Assembly: GCA_040954595.2 (NCBI GenBank)
Contig: CM082597.2
Location: forward strand, 7,465,849-7,529,848
DNA from: Balanoglossus misakiensis
Taxonomy: Eukaryota > Animalia > Hemichordata
Direction: 5' to 3'
Length of the DNA: 64,000 nt
In this document: positions 24,799 to 37,562 of the stretch, piece by piece
How positions within the stretch are numbered: the stretch's first letter is position 1
How the letters are laid out: each line of letters opens with the position of its first letter
The notes under the pieces: generated by a model
The model's input: the letters and a program-made list of their open reading frames with translations, nothing else
Told to the model about the DNA's origin: nothing
Database searches by the model: none
Position numbers and translations under genes: made by a program

Positions 24799-27040
24799 TG
24801 CTTTTGAGTTCATTATAATGTAATTTTGAGAACAGTATTTTACAAAATTTTCTTCTTTTACCAATTATACCAACTATTGTATTGACTTGTCAAGTTCATT
24901 TATTCATAGATTTCTTTATTGCAACAATATACTATTATACACTTCAATTATAAATTTCTTTAAGAAATTTATAATTGAGGTGTAAGGAGCCTCTTTTCCT
25001 TTATTGCATACAATGTACATGAGATCAGAACGGCGAATTTTTTTCTGGGTGGGGGGTCATCATACTATTGGGCCTGGGTGAAGGGGGGTCGGCCTGATTT
25101 TGAAAACCGACGACACAAACTTGCCGCCCCCCCCAAGACAGAATCTAGCTGACACATAACAATAGCTTCCCCAATAAATTCAAGAGAACATACATTGAGG
25201 GCTGGTAATTGGTGATTTGAGGAATCACAATAGCGCTCCCACTAATAGTGACATACCGGTATAGCTTTGCGAACTCTACAAACACAGTTAAGTATACGAC
25301 TAGAAGCTATAGGTGTACTCACTACAACAGGGCCAACAACAACAGTAGTCTGAGAGCAAGTGTGATGAATTTAAACACAAATTTCAACTACTTTCAGAAC
25401 TCATAATGATTCCAGTCTAGTCTGTGAATTAAACTGAACAACCCAAAATACTAAAAATAATACTATTTGACTTCTATCGTAATGTCTGTTTTCCTGATCC
25501 CTAATTTAGTACAAGGAAATAACTTCTAAAATGGCCACTAAAGGTGACCTCAGGTGACCTCTGCACAACCACGGAACCAGATCGAAATAGTAGATTCATT
25601 GTTTGAATTATTATTTTGCAGCAAATCTGGTTAACAAATCATGATTCAAATGATTGTTTGTGTACTTATTGTTCATGTATGTCTATAATTACATCAGATT
25701 GTGGCAAAAAAACACTTTCTTTCATTTGATAAACAAACTGGTTGGAATCTTACCTGTCGTAAGTATCTCCACCTTTTGCAGTTTGTCAAACATTAACTGG
25801 ATGAGATGCCCTCTACGGTAGCTTCTTATGTTTATGTGGGTCAGGGTCATCACAGTCCCTGGGACTTAATGTGGGTCCAATCGAAGCACTCCACTCCTCA
25901 TTATGAAGAACTAATAAAAAAGACCTTTTGGGTGTACTACCAGCAGGGGTGGGTGTCACTGGGAGAGGCATGTGCATTAAAATTCATTTATCATTTTAAT
26001 ATTTCTTCAGTGTATTGTAAAGGCAGTTTTCGTTTGTTCTCAACATTAAAAGATAGAGTAAAAGAACAACTTTTAAAATTAAGTTGAAACATTTTTTCAA
26101 TAATTTGAATGACTTGTAAGCCACATTGCAACTGATAATTAAAAGTGAATAAAACTGACACATATCACTTCAGTTTTTCACACAGATTTTAATAGAAACT
26201 ATTTACTAGCAAGGTAACATTACATTTAATTCGACTTACAATTTGTTTTTTGTCGAGAATTCCTCCTCTGGGAATGAAAGCATAAGGTAGCTGCCAGCCA
26301 TAGATTAAGTGCCATGGCAGTCTTGGCATTTATTTTCACAATGACCATTTGTGAGAATTCTGGTATTGCCTTTATCACCGCAGTCTGGAGATGTGATGAA
26401 CATGGCTGTACATCTGTTTTAAATTCCGCTTTCATTTTGTGCATATGGTTCTTAATCTATCTCTGAAAATGGTCTCACCAACAAAACTAATGTTTGGAGT
26501 TCAAGTGCCGTCAACAATTCCTTCAGATTTGTGTTAAATCATGATTTTTGGGTCCCATTGGTATGTTCCATGGGACCTTATTGGATCGGTTGGGTCTGTA
26601 TGCATGTATGTATGTCTGTATGTCCGTCCACATCAAAAACTTGAAAACCGCTGTGTGTATCACCTTGATATTTGGTGTGCAGATGCAGGCTGGGCTGTAG
26701 ATGGGAGTTTGTTCAAATGAAGGTGTCATTGCCAAAAATATGCAAATTAGCTGGAAAAATGTGAATTTGGGCAAAACTCAGTAACTCAGGAACTACTGGT
26801 CAGATTGCTTTGCAAAGTGGTGTGTATTTACTTTATTGAGTTGTTTTAATTAGGCAGGAACTCCCCTGTGTGATTCATATAAACACAGCAAATTCCCAAA
26901 TGATTATATAACTGGCTAAATTTTAAAGAGGCCAGCTGTTCTATTTAGTGTATGTACAGTACATATGCCATTGGCAGCTTATGGGTCAGTCAGTGTTTGC
27001 CCATTGATCTCTCGCTATGTGTGTGTCTGTCTGCCTGTCT
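24799..27040. repeat. Segmental duplicate of 61737-64000
   Basis: The two segments are collinear and nearly identical by eye. The first ~335 bp is the remainder of a MITE of the 20156-20882 family, in reverse orientation. Confidence 0.93.
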
Positions 27041-27122
27041 GTATATGGCCATGTACTCTGGTGTTGACTTTTTCTTGTGTATTCACTCAATGGGACCTCT
27101 GTGTCCTTGACACGATTTTTTT
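26545..27122. mobile_element. Non-autonomous Helentron-like (HINE) element, family C
   Basis: In order: T-run, left hairpin ggtcccat...atgggacc (26551-26577), (TGTA/TGTC)n microsatellite, right subTIR caatgggacc (27088-27097), hairpin gtgtc-ctt-gacac, T-run. Confidence 0.75.
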
Positions 27123-29105
27123 AGATGGCCCCTCTATTTAAAATCATCAAAGGAGATCCCAAAGCCTATAAATCTTGTTTCGGTATTTGCTCATCTCGTA
27201 AAAGGCCTCTCAGTTTGTGTTCTATATTTCTGTCTATATCATTTTCAAGATTCATGAAAAGGGTCTTCAGTGGTTTAACTTAAGTTGTCTCAAAACCCTG
27301 TAAAGCTCAAATGATAATATTTCTTTGTCAGTGTAATATCATACAAAGGTACATGTACGTGGGGTAGGTACCGATAACATGAAAATTACATCTGTTTCCC
27401 AAATCTGATCTAAGAGACGTTTGGATATTCTAACATGAATAGTATGAGTAATGTTTTTTTATATCTCCATTGGAGATGAAGTTATATTATAAGAATACTG
27501 ATGGAAAATTACAACTGCTTAACATTGTAGCTTAATTTCATACAATTTAAAAAAATGTGACTTAAGTCATCCGTACAAAATCTGTATAATACGACTGTGA
27601 AACTGTGAAACCTGCAAGTTTTGCCATAAAAAAGATAACTTTTCTCCAAATTAGACAAACTTCACATTTTACAACTCAAGCATGTCTGACTCAGGTCATC
27701 CTATAGCTGTACTGTTAGCTGGTCACATTCATCAGAGGTGAAAATGAACAACTCACGACTGAACTGTGCCTGGGTAAATGACAGACTATTCATGTGTATT
27801 TAAAGATTTCCTCTTGGTTGTTTGACATACCATAATTCTGTGTGATGGATGTACAGTATGTGTTGATAGTAAATAGTTTTCTAATATCGTCATATCAAAT
27901 GTCATAAATGTCGACCATCATGCATTGTTTTTTGTCTCGAGTGGGCCATCTTTGCCCGGAGATTTGTCTATGGTATTTCCCCAGTCCCTCTTTCTGTCAT
28001 GCCCAACGGAAGAAGCAGACGGGTCTGGATAACCGAGACTATGTTCCAGTGCCATTCAGATCAAAACTTTTAGATTTATTGTATCCAAAATCACATTCCA
28101 CCCACTCAGTGACTTTACAATCCCTTGTGATTAGCGCCCCCATTCGGTCATATGACATCATAGAAGTGATCTTTCATATGAAGGGTATTTACCTTTTACA
28201 TGAAATTTATTTACCTTTTATATGAAGGTTATTCACATTTCGTATGAAGTCTATTTACCTTTCAGATAAGACAATTTTTTCCTCCAACATTTTGCTTCTC
28301 TCCAGAAATCCGGTTCCTCTCTCATCCACAAACAATTCCAAGACAAAAGTATGTCAGACAGAAATTAAACTTTATTTCCAGGAAATTTCTCCATTCACAA
28401 CTTCATATATTAGACGTAGGGTACATTTGAAATTCATATATACAAATTACACTGTCTTTGACTCATTTTAATATCCCCAAAGCCGTTGCTTTCTTCTTTT
28501 TTTTAAAGAGGTACTGGTAATGTGAGTAAAATTGACAAAAGTCACCATTTCACTAAAATTTTATGCAAAGCTTTATGAAAATGTTGAACATCCGATGCCT
28601 GATATTCGTGTATCTACTTAATTTTCCTGCCACACAGATCTGAAAGCTGGTGTACAAATGACATTTATCAAGAACGTCATCGATAGAGTGACGAGTGAAC
28701 ATAGTACTTGTGGTCTCGTCAGATCCAAGATAGTACCTGTGGTCTCGTCAGATCCAAGATGTTCAAGAAACAATGTCTTATACCAAGTACTCAGGCACCT
28801 CCTCCTCCACCAGTATGCTAGGCAGATTGACCTTTGACCTGTGAAGACATCGACTGGATACAGGACTTAAATACTGTTGCATGAATGAATATTTCAATTT
28901 GACAGATGTTTTCTACTTTCAATTAGATCAATGATCTGTCAACTTTTTCTGAGGGCAAATCGATAGGTTAATAAAATCACTGGATAAATTGTCAATGCCG
29001 GGTTCAATGCACGGAATGGAAATGATTGCAAAAGTCTGTTGGAGATCACCAACAACTTCTATTGTTTTTTTAAGGACTGCTAAAACTCTGTGTCCAAACC
29101 ATTAA

Positions 29106-29458
29106 AAGGGACAAAGTCTCTCTCTCTCGCAGCCCTTTTTCCATTAATTATGTTTGATACAAGACACCATTTTTGTTATTCTACATGTGGATATATAGTG
29201 AATCAACATTCGACCACACACAACTTCCATCCCGCTTGTAGACACAAGAGTGAAAAAACTCCCCAAAACGAATAATCGGTGTTTATCATTTATTCATTTT
29301 GGGCGAGTTTTTACTCACATATCCTACAAACAGGATGGAAGTTGTGTGTGGTCGAATGTTGATTCACTATATATCCACATGTACATTAACATAAACAATG
29401 TCTTGTGTCAAACATAATTACGGTAATAGAAAAGGGTCAGCTAGAGAGAGACTTTGTT
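29106..29458. mobile_element. Foldback MITE (Kolobok-like), degraded copy of 42573-42919
   Basis: Runs from agggacaaagtctctctct to agagagagactttgt with long internal inverted arms. Confidence 0.7.
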
Positions 29459-30196
29459 CTAGAAAGAACTGAAAGAACCCTTCCTCCTACCTCCAGCTTG
29501 CACCATATATCCCATGACCAGTGTGTTAAATAATAACCACCTTAAGACGCCCTCTACAGTATCTTCATTCGTTTCTGTTCTTCATGGTAATCTAGTGGCT
29601 TTATTACCCTTGGGACCAGCTTTATCTAGCCTAGACAGATGTTCCAACCCTATATGTGCATAAAACCTGCTTGTGTGAACTGTAGGTAAGTGAAAGTTTT
29701 AACAGAAAAAAATCATCTTTTTGCTCAATCAATTGATGTGTATATTATACACATTGTATGAAAGATTACTTCTGTGGTATTCTGACCACATGAGGGCGCT
29801 AATCAGAACTGAACCTGGATTCACTTTTGGGGATTATAGTGATTTGATTGGATGTATTAGATCCAAAATATTTTTTTTCCGATAAAATTGAAAACATTAC
29901 AGATATGAGACAGGTTAATTTGTGGTCATTAAAATTTGGTCCTATAGAAGCAAGTATTTTAGATTTGAAGGACTGGTTGTGATTATGTGTAAAACCTGAC
30001 CATGTCAGTGGTTTTTGTAGACTGTGGCATCATCTCATGTATGATGTGTTTATGTGGAAGTGTTTGTGTGGGGGTCAATATGGAGTGAGCTAGTTTGTAG
30101 AGAGCTGAGTTGGTAAATTCTCTGCAGTAAGTTGGATACTCTGCTCAAACTCCAGTGTACTGTGTTCGCTTTCATTCAAACAATTATTTCACACAT

Positions 30197-30538
30197 AAAG
30201 GAACAAAGTCACTAAATTTTGACATTATTTTGGATATTTTACTTTCTTTTGATGGCCTTTTTATGTTGTTCTACTCACCAAAACATGCACATTGACCTAT
30301 TGTCACAACTCACTTCAAAACCCCCATACATTACACATGAATAATTCCAACATTTCATTTTTGGTCTGTACCAAAAATTATATTGCAGGCATAATTTTCT
30401 ATTCCTGTACAGGGTGTGAGTTGAATTGTAACAACTAGCCATTGATCATGTTTCAGTGAGTAGACATACATCAATAGCCCATCAAATGAAACTAAAATAT
30501 CCAAAATCATTTCAAAAGTTATCAACTTTTCCCCTTTA
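30197..30538. mobile_element. Old TIR MITE (Kolobok-like), duplicated at about 46176-46516
   Basis: Imperfect inverted ends: aaggaacaaagtcactaaattttgacattattttggatatttt and aaaatatccaaaatcatttcaaaagttatcaacttttccccttt. Confidence 0.55.
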
Positions 30539-31855
30539 CTCTAAGTTCTCATATAAATTAAACTAGACAAATAAAGTAATAATGATGAACATTTAATGCT
30601 GTATATAATAATAAACAAAAAAATCTTCAATAATAAAACTAGACCAAAAATAAAGAACACACAATGTAAAACTCAACTGCATAATTTTAACATGCTTTCA
30701 ACCAAGTCATAAAAATGATAAAGAATTGAATAATAATGAAAATTTACTACTGTATGAAAAAGTAAAAAAATAATGTTCAATGATAAATCTACCAAAAATA
30801 AACAGCACATATTAAATCATGATTGTCTTATTTATATCATGCATAGAGGTTTAATATACAAAGAATGTAATAATAATGACAATTGATTGCTGTTTGTAAT
30901 AATAAACTAAAATGTATTAAACTAAAACAATAATAAAGTTTATAAACATAAAAAATAAAATAAACAGAACATATAAAAGGGACATAAAACACAGTTTGCA
31001 AGCAAGTCAAACTTGCCACAAAGTGTAACTGCTACAATATACATCATTACAAATAATATTGAATGTTGGAAAAATGCCAAAATATTAAAGATTATAAAAG
31101 TGCAACGGTAAATTCATTTTTTCTGTATCACTCAACAAGTCATTATTAACAATGTACTCCTCACTGTAGACTTGAAAAGTCAACACCAATAAAATGGATA
31201 AAATAAAATATTCTGATTGATAAAATATGCAGTCTGAAAATAAATTGTGACAAGATAACGATAAGGAAATGTAATATGTACAATATATACAGGTAATAGT
31301 TTAAAACTCAACCATTCATAAACTTGAAATGTCTGGTTAATAAGTTCTGCCAATTTCAAGTATTGATAAAAAAATAAAAATAAGAATATAATGTATGTTA
31401 CATATGGACAATTGATGCAAACAGATCTCAAAAGCTCCTACTGATATACAGATCACATAATTATTCAAATTGAGAGCTGATGAGAATTCTATGATATTTG
31501 TAATGAGTTGTAAAAGTTCAATTTTCTGGTTCAGACAAAACCTGACTTTTTAACCGACCTTGGCACATATGACAATGAAAATTGTTTTAATGAATGTTTT
31601 CTGTTTATTTCAGTCCTTCTGGCAACTTGACAAACCATTGGGGAAATTATTATTTATTGTTTAATATTCATAAGTTCTCTATCACAGCTTGTATAGAAAG
31701 GCCAAATAAAAAAATATATGTGCTGTTCCGAATACATGGTTTTCAAAAATAGGGTAGGTAAGTAGGTAGGGAATTATTTTTATTTTGCAATTTTTTATAG
31801 TGTAGAAGAATGACGTCATAGTTCTTGCATGATTCTCACAATTTTCATAAATTTT

Positions 31856-32165
31856 TAGGGGCCCAAGTCTACCGGGTTTGGGTGCGCCTTGGTATTGTTG
31901 GAATTTTTCTTCTTATTAGGGCCCTATTGGTTTAGTTGGGGTTTTTCTTTCTTTATTCTCCTGTCAATTCTTCTGCCAACTAGATCTCTGAAACTACTGC
32001 AGGTACAGTTCTCAAACTTGCTATAGTGGTCAAGGTCAATGAGTAGATGTACAGTGGCTCGTGAATATTTAATTAGTCACATAACCTGGTGGCCATATTG
32101 GATTTTCTGAAATGACTTCAACTCAAAAACTACAGGGCCATCTAAGTTCAAATTTCGTGTGACGT
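31856..32165. mobile_element. Degenerate HINE (family A/B-related) left-end remnant, duplicated at about 47607-47917
   Basis: Contains tagggggcccaag...ttggtattgttggaatttttcttcttatt, a second collapsed left end agggccctattgg, and sequence similar to 5930-6130. Confidence 0.7.
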
Positions 32166-33472
32166 TAATAAGTAAATAAGGAAATAAGTTTATAAGGAAA
32201 ACACACAACAACAGGGTCATAGCTGACTGAAATGACAACTACCAGAACAGATATCCTACATCAAATTTGGCCATAAAACAGCACCTCCAAACAATACCCA
32301 AACTTACAGCCATTTTAAACTTCAATGCCAGGCTGTGAGAGCAATTTAATAAAATGGCATGTGAAGATCATTACGGAAGTTGTTCCCAGGAAAAGAATTA
32401 GGAGACAGAATATGTCATATGAAAATGATGCAAACAATACACGTCGATGTTTGGCATGTACAACTTAATGGGCATATTGTATATATCATGTGCTTGAACT
32501 CCAGTGATTTCACCTGCGCTGCTTTTGTTATCGATGGCACCTGGATCAATTATTTTACTGCATGGTCTTCCCCAGTCATTGTAACAGGTTCCCCAAATTG
32601 GTACTGTATGTCAATGCAGTCATATTGATGGGGAACAGAAGTGTTACTGATCTGAAATCATTTACCACCAATCTTCCCCAACCTTAGCAAAAACACTGAC
32701 TTGGTTGGAAACATGGTCAGCGGTTGAACTACGGGAAAATGCACAATTGAGAGTCACAACTGACTGAAACGACAAAAACCAATATAGAAATCCTACCCTA
32801 CAACATTGACTTTGAGATATGACCTGGAAAAACTAATGTCAAAACAGAAATACCCGAAAAAGACCAGCATCACCCGATCATTGTTCATGGATAATGCTCC
32901 AAAACTCATCATAAAAAACTCACTGACTATCATATCACTACTCACATTCAAGTGAGAAATACCCGCAACAGACCAGAATCATTCATTGTTCATAGACAAT
33001 GCTCCAAAACACATCCAAAAAACTTAGTGACTTCAATACCCAGACTACCATCACTACTCACTACTAAATGTAATGTGAAGACCTTATGGCTGTCTTATTC
33101 TGACCTTCATTAAGAAGTAGCCAATGGATCATCCAATCTTTTTTGGTTTGCGACTTTTATAAAGTACCAGTTTCTGACTTGCATTGAGAAGTGGCAAATA
33201 CTAGATCTTCCTGTCTTTTTCCCCCCAAGGAATTTTTTTTCCTCTCCAAATTCAGAACTTAAAGAGATAATTGTTCCTCACCCAATCTTTCAAATTTGCC
33301 AGAGGAGAAAACTCAACATGTACGCGAGATTTAACTCTCCTCTGTAAAATAGAGCAAGCCAAACATTGGAACAACTGCACCTTTTGTATTAATACTTCAG
33401 CTTATGATTTTTACAACGACCAGATTTTGACTTGTACTGAGAAATTGGAAACAGATCTTGCTGTTTTTTAGC

Positions 33473-36400
33473 CTAAGACTTCTTTTCGTGTCCAAATTCA
33501 GACCTAGAAGAGGTATGTGACTCACTTTGTCTTTTAAGTTTTCTAGATAAGAGAACATCATCATCATCTATACCAGATTCAGCAGATCTCTCCTCTGATA
33601 AAAGGGGTAAGTCAAACATTGGAACACCTACAGATTTGGTATCATACTTTGGCTTGTGACTTTCACGGTGACCAGATTCTTTTTTTAGCGAATGACTTTT
33701 TGAATGTCTAAATTCAGACATAAAAGGGGTATGTGGCTCATCCAACATTTTAGATTTACCAGATGAGAAACCTGAACCCGTTTGGATACCAAACTCAATA
33801 AAAGTTCTTTTCCCTTTCCTTAAACTCTTTGCACCAACATCTCCAATGTTATTATGACTAAGATCCAGGTGCAACAAATGAGTCATTTCCATCCCTATAT
33901 TTAAACTCTCTGCACCATAATCTCCAATGTTATTATGACTAAGATCAAGGTGTCTCAGCCAATACATATTCCCCAACCCTATACTTAATCTCTCTGCACC
34001 ATAATCTCCAATGTTATTATGACTAAGATCCAGGTGTCTCAGCTGAGTCATATTCCCCATCTCTTTACTTAAACTCTCTGCACCAATATTTCCAATGTTA
34101 TTATGACTCAGATACAGGTATCTCAGCCCAGTCATATTCCCCATCTCTTTACTTAAACTCTCTGCACCAACATTTCCAATGTTATTATGACTAAGATCCA
34201 GGAGCCACAACCAAGTCATATTCTCCATCCCTTTTTTTAAACTCTCTGCACCAACATCTCCAATGTTATTATGACTAAGATGCAGGTGTTCCAGCTCAGT
34301 CATATTCTCTATCCCTTTACTTAAACTCTCTGCACCAACATCTCCAATGTTATTATGACTAAGATGCAGGTGTTCCAGCTCAGTCATATTCTCTATCCCT
34401 TTACTTAAACTCTCTGCACCAACATCTCCAATGTTATTATGACTAAGATCCAGGTGTCTCAGCTCAGTCATATTCTCTATCCCTTTACTTAAACTCTCTG
34501 CACCAACATCTCCAATGTTATTATGACTAAGATCCAGGAGCCACAACCAAGTCATATTCTCCATCTCTTTACTTAAACTCTCTGCACCAATATCTCCAAT
34601 GTTATTATGACTAAGATGCAGGTGTTCCAGCTCAGTCATATTCTCTATCCCTTTACTTAAACTCTCTGCACCAACATCTCTAATGTTATTATGACTAAGA
34701 TCCAGGAGCCACAACCAAGTCATATTCTCCATCCCTTTTTTTAAACTCTCTGCACCAACATCTCCAATGTTATTATGACTAAGATGCAGGTGTTCCAGCT
34801 CAGTCATATTCTCTATCCCTTTACTTAAACTCTCTGCACCAACATCTCCAATGTTATTATGACTAAGATGCAGGTGCTCCAGCTCAGTCATATTCCCCAT
34901 CCCTTTACTTAACCTCTCTGCACCAACATCTCCAATGTTATTATGACTAAGATCCAGGTGTCTCAGCCAAGTCATATTCTCCATCCCTTTACTTAAATTC
35001 TCTGCACCAACATCTCCAATGTTATTATGACTAAGATCCAGGTGTCTCAGCCCAGTCATATTCCCCATCCTTTTACTTAAACTCTCTACACCAACATCTC
35101 CAATGTTATTATGACTAAGATCCAGGTGTCTCAGCTCAGTCATATTCTCCATCCCTTTACTTAAACTCTTTGCACCAACATCTCCAATGTTATTATGACT
35201 AAGATCCAGGTGTCCTAGCCCAGTTATATTCCCCACCACTTTACTTAAACTCTCTGCACCAACATCTCCAATGTTATTATGACTAAGATCCAGGTGTCTC
35301 AGCTCAGTCATATTCTCCATCCCTTCACTTAAACTCTTTGCACCAACATCTCCAATGTTATTATGACTAAGATCCAGGTGTCCTAGCCCATTCATAATCT
35401 TCATCCCTTTACTTAACCTCTCTGCACCAATATCTCCAATGTTATTATGACTAAGATCCAGGTGTCTCAGCCCAGTCATATTCCCCATCCTTTTACTTAA
35501 ACTCTCTGCACCAACATCTCCAATGTTATTATGACTAAGATCCAGGTGTCTCAGCTCAGTCATATTCTCCATCCCTTTACTTAAACTCTTTGCACCAACA
35601 TCTCCAATGTTATTATGACTAAGATCCAGGTGTCCTAGCCCAGTTATATTCCCCACCACTTTACTTAAACTCTCTGCACCAACATGTCCAATGTTATTAT
35701 GACTAAGATCCAGGTGTCTCAGCCCAGTCATATTCCCCATCCTTTTACTTAAACTCTCTGCACCAACATCTCCAATGTTATTTGAACTGACGTCTAAATG
35801 TCTCAGAGACAACAGATGCTCAAAACTATCAGCAACAACTTTAGCATTATTAGAAGTGAAACCAGACTCAGTAATAACTAAATGTTTTAAGTTCTTGAAG
35901 AAAAACAGATTTAAACATAGCAAGTTGGTGATGTCAGAAGATAACCTTGAAACATGTATTCGTTCTACAGAGTTTCCTTTCTTCTGCAAATTGAAAATGT
36001 CACCCAAAGTTTTGAAGTGACACTTCACATGGGATTTGAAATCTCCAACCTGGTTTGCAATCTGTTCACAATATAACAACCTTCCAAGACTTTCTTCCAC
36101 CCCATTATTCTCAAACAGAACATTGAATTCATCAACCAATGGTGTTAATGCTACACACCCAAGGGAACCTAACTTGTTGTTTGAGACATCTATATCCTTC
36201 AGAAATGGAAAACATTTGACAGCTCTCAGAAGTGTGTCAATAAAGGTGTATTCTAAATCATTATGTGGCAATTCCAACCTCCTTACTTTTAATGACACAT
36301 TTTCATTTCCCATCATTTCGAAAGCCTTTGTGATAAATGCTTCATTAAATCCAGTGAAATGGAGTGATTTCAACAGAGGCAGTGATCCCAATGCTTTGAC

Positions 36401-36613
36401 AAGTGCCTGAATTGTTTCATGACCAACATCTTGAAAGTTGTCATCAACTGCTTCAATAGTCACATCCCTCAGACTGACCTCACTATGACCTTTGACAGAT
36501 TTTTGTGTGTGAGCCATTAAAAGCCTGTGGAATGTGATATATCTAGTGGCCACAGTAAACTCAGTTGAGTTTTTAACGTGAAATTTGACAGTTGATGATG
36601 GATTTTCAATCAT
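33473..36613 (-). CDS. LRR part of the gene A last exon (out of frame with upstream exons): RI-like 28-aa LRRs and a Ser/Lys/Glu-rich tail
   Basis: Open frame with LxxLDLSHNNIGDVGAESL repeats, collinear with ORF 48945-53849. Confidence 0.8.
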   Translation of the reverse strand: MIENPSSTVKFHVKNSTEFTVATRYITFHRLLMAHTQKSVKGHSEVSLRDVTIEAVDDNFQDVGHETIQALVKALGSLPLLKSLHFTGFNEAFITKAFEMMGNENVSLKVRRLELPHNDLEYTFIDTLLRAVKCFPFLKDIDVSNNKLGSLGCVALTPLVDEFNVLFENNGVEESLGRLLYCEQIANQVGDFKSHVKCHFKTLGDIFNLQKKGNSVERIHVSRLSSDITNLLCLNLFFFKNLKHLVITESGFTSNNAKVVADSFEHLLSLRHLDVSSNNIGDVGAESLSKRMGNMTGLRHLDLSHNNIGHVGAESLSKVVGNITGLGHLDLSHNNIGDVGAKSLSKGMENMTELRHLDLSHNNIGDVGAESLSKRMGNMTGLRHLDLSHNNIGDIGAERLSKGMKIMNGLGHLDLSHNNIGDVGAKSLSEGMENMTELRHLDLSHNNIGDVGAESLSKVVGNITGLGHLDLSHNNIGDVGAKSLSKGMENMTELRHLDLSHNNIGDVGVESLSKRMGNMTGLRHLDLSHNNIGDVGAENLSKGMENMTWLRHLDLSHNNIGDVGAERLSKGMGNMTELEHLHLSHNNIGDVGAESLSKGIENMTELEHLHLSHNNIGDVGAESLKKGMENMTWLWLLDLSHNNIRDVGAESLSKGIENMTELEHLHLSHNNIGDIGAESLSKEMENMTWLWLLDLSHNNIGDVGAESLSKGIENMTELRHLDLSHNNIGDVGAESLSKGIENMTELEHLHLSHNNIGDVGAESLSKGIENMTELEHLHLSHNNIGDVGAESLKKGMENMTWLWLLDLSHNNIGNVGAESLSKEMGNMTGLRYLYLSHNNIGNIGAESLSKEMGNMTQLRHLDLSHNNIGDYGAERLSIGLGNMYWLRHLDLSHNNIGDYGAESLNIGMEMTHLLHLDLSHNNIGDVGAKSLRKGKRTFIEFGIQTGSGFSSGKSKMLDEPHTPFMSEFRHSKSHSLKKESGHRESHKPKYDTKSVGVPMFDLPLLSEERSAESGIDDDDVLLSRKLKRQSESHTSSRSEFGHEKKS
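33825..35805 (-). repeat. 84-bp coding tandem array, 24 LRR units
   Basis: There are 23 SHNN units between 33848 and 35693 (21x84 bp plus one 81-bp interval) and one SSNN unit. Confidence 0.92.
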
Positions 36614-36618
36614 TACAT

Positions 36619-37562
36619 TCAGGTGTTTGTTGAACTCTTCCGAAAGGTCTGCCCTTTCTTTATCGTGTTCTTTAAAATAAATGATACTTCATCTAAACTT
36701 TGGAGTGTTACTCTATTTAAATCAACGGCTGATAGATCTAATGGTTGTTGTTTTAACAACTGCTGAATAATTCCTGTAAACTTTTCTGGACATTTTGATT
36801 CATGAAGGCAACCAGCAAGTAGTGCTAAATATTCATACCTCACTGGATATGACTTTCTTATACATTTTGTGAGTATTTTGAAGAAAAAAGTATCCTTTTT
36901 CTTACCCACAAAAGATCTAAAACGCAAAGCAAGTGGTACTCTGAAGGAAAGCTTTGTATCCTCCATCATACTTGACACAAAATACAAAGCAATTGGCATG
37001 GACATCAAAATCGTCTGAATTCTATTCCTTTCCAAGAATAAATTTTGGTCTTTCTTCAAATACAAAGCAACTGCATAAAAATATAGATACTGACTTAAAA
37101 AGTAATGGTCATCTTGTTGAGTCTTCCTAAGCAAACCAAACAAATAGGCTTCATTAACAGAGGCAGTTTGTGACAAAGAAAGCGACTGAGTATGAACAAA
37201 GTCTTGAAATGCTTGTTGCCCAATTTCACAGAGCCTGTCCTGCACTACATCCCAGACATTCTCTATATCAAGTTGATGTTCCCCACAGTACATCTCTACA
37301 TGATGTTTAATTGCATATTCAGTTGCCTCTGTCAAAGTTGATGGTAAAGTGTAACAATTCTCATACCAGTAAGATACAAGAAAAGGAAAGAAAAATTCTT
37401 GTGAACTCAATTCACCCACAATCGGATGAAATCTGGACTGCTGTATCAAATACTTAGCTTGGCTGTTCTCTTCTACATGATCTAGTACATATCTCTCCCA
37501 TTCATCACATGCAACAGTTCTCACCCAGGTCTTCTCAGGGATGGTGTAGACAGCAGACATAT
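36619..37562 (-). CDS. Gene A last exon, 5' part: NACHT-associated HD1/winged-helix/HD2-like region
   Basis: LPSTLTE, LCEIGQQAF, FGLL and YFLSQYLYFYAVALYL resemble the LPxTLTELY, LGxLAF, GLL and FxHxxxQEyxAAxYL motifs of NLRs. LAGCLHESK is an HD2-like motif. The acceptor is ctatcag at 37563. Confidence 0.72.

Noticed and set aside
32380-32628. ORF shared with 48097-48516
   Set aside because: The similarity reflects the segmental duplication. The frames differ in start and length and show no recognisable domain.
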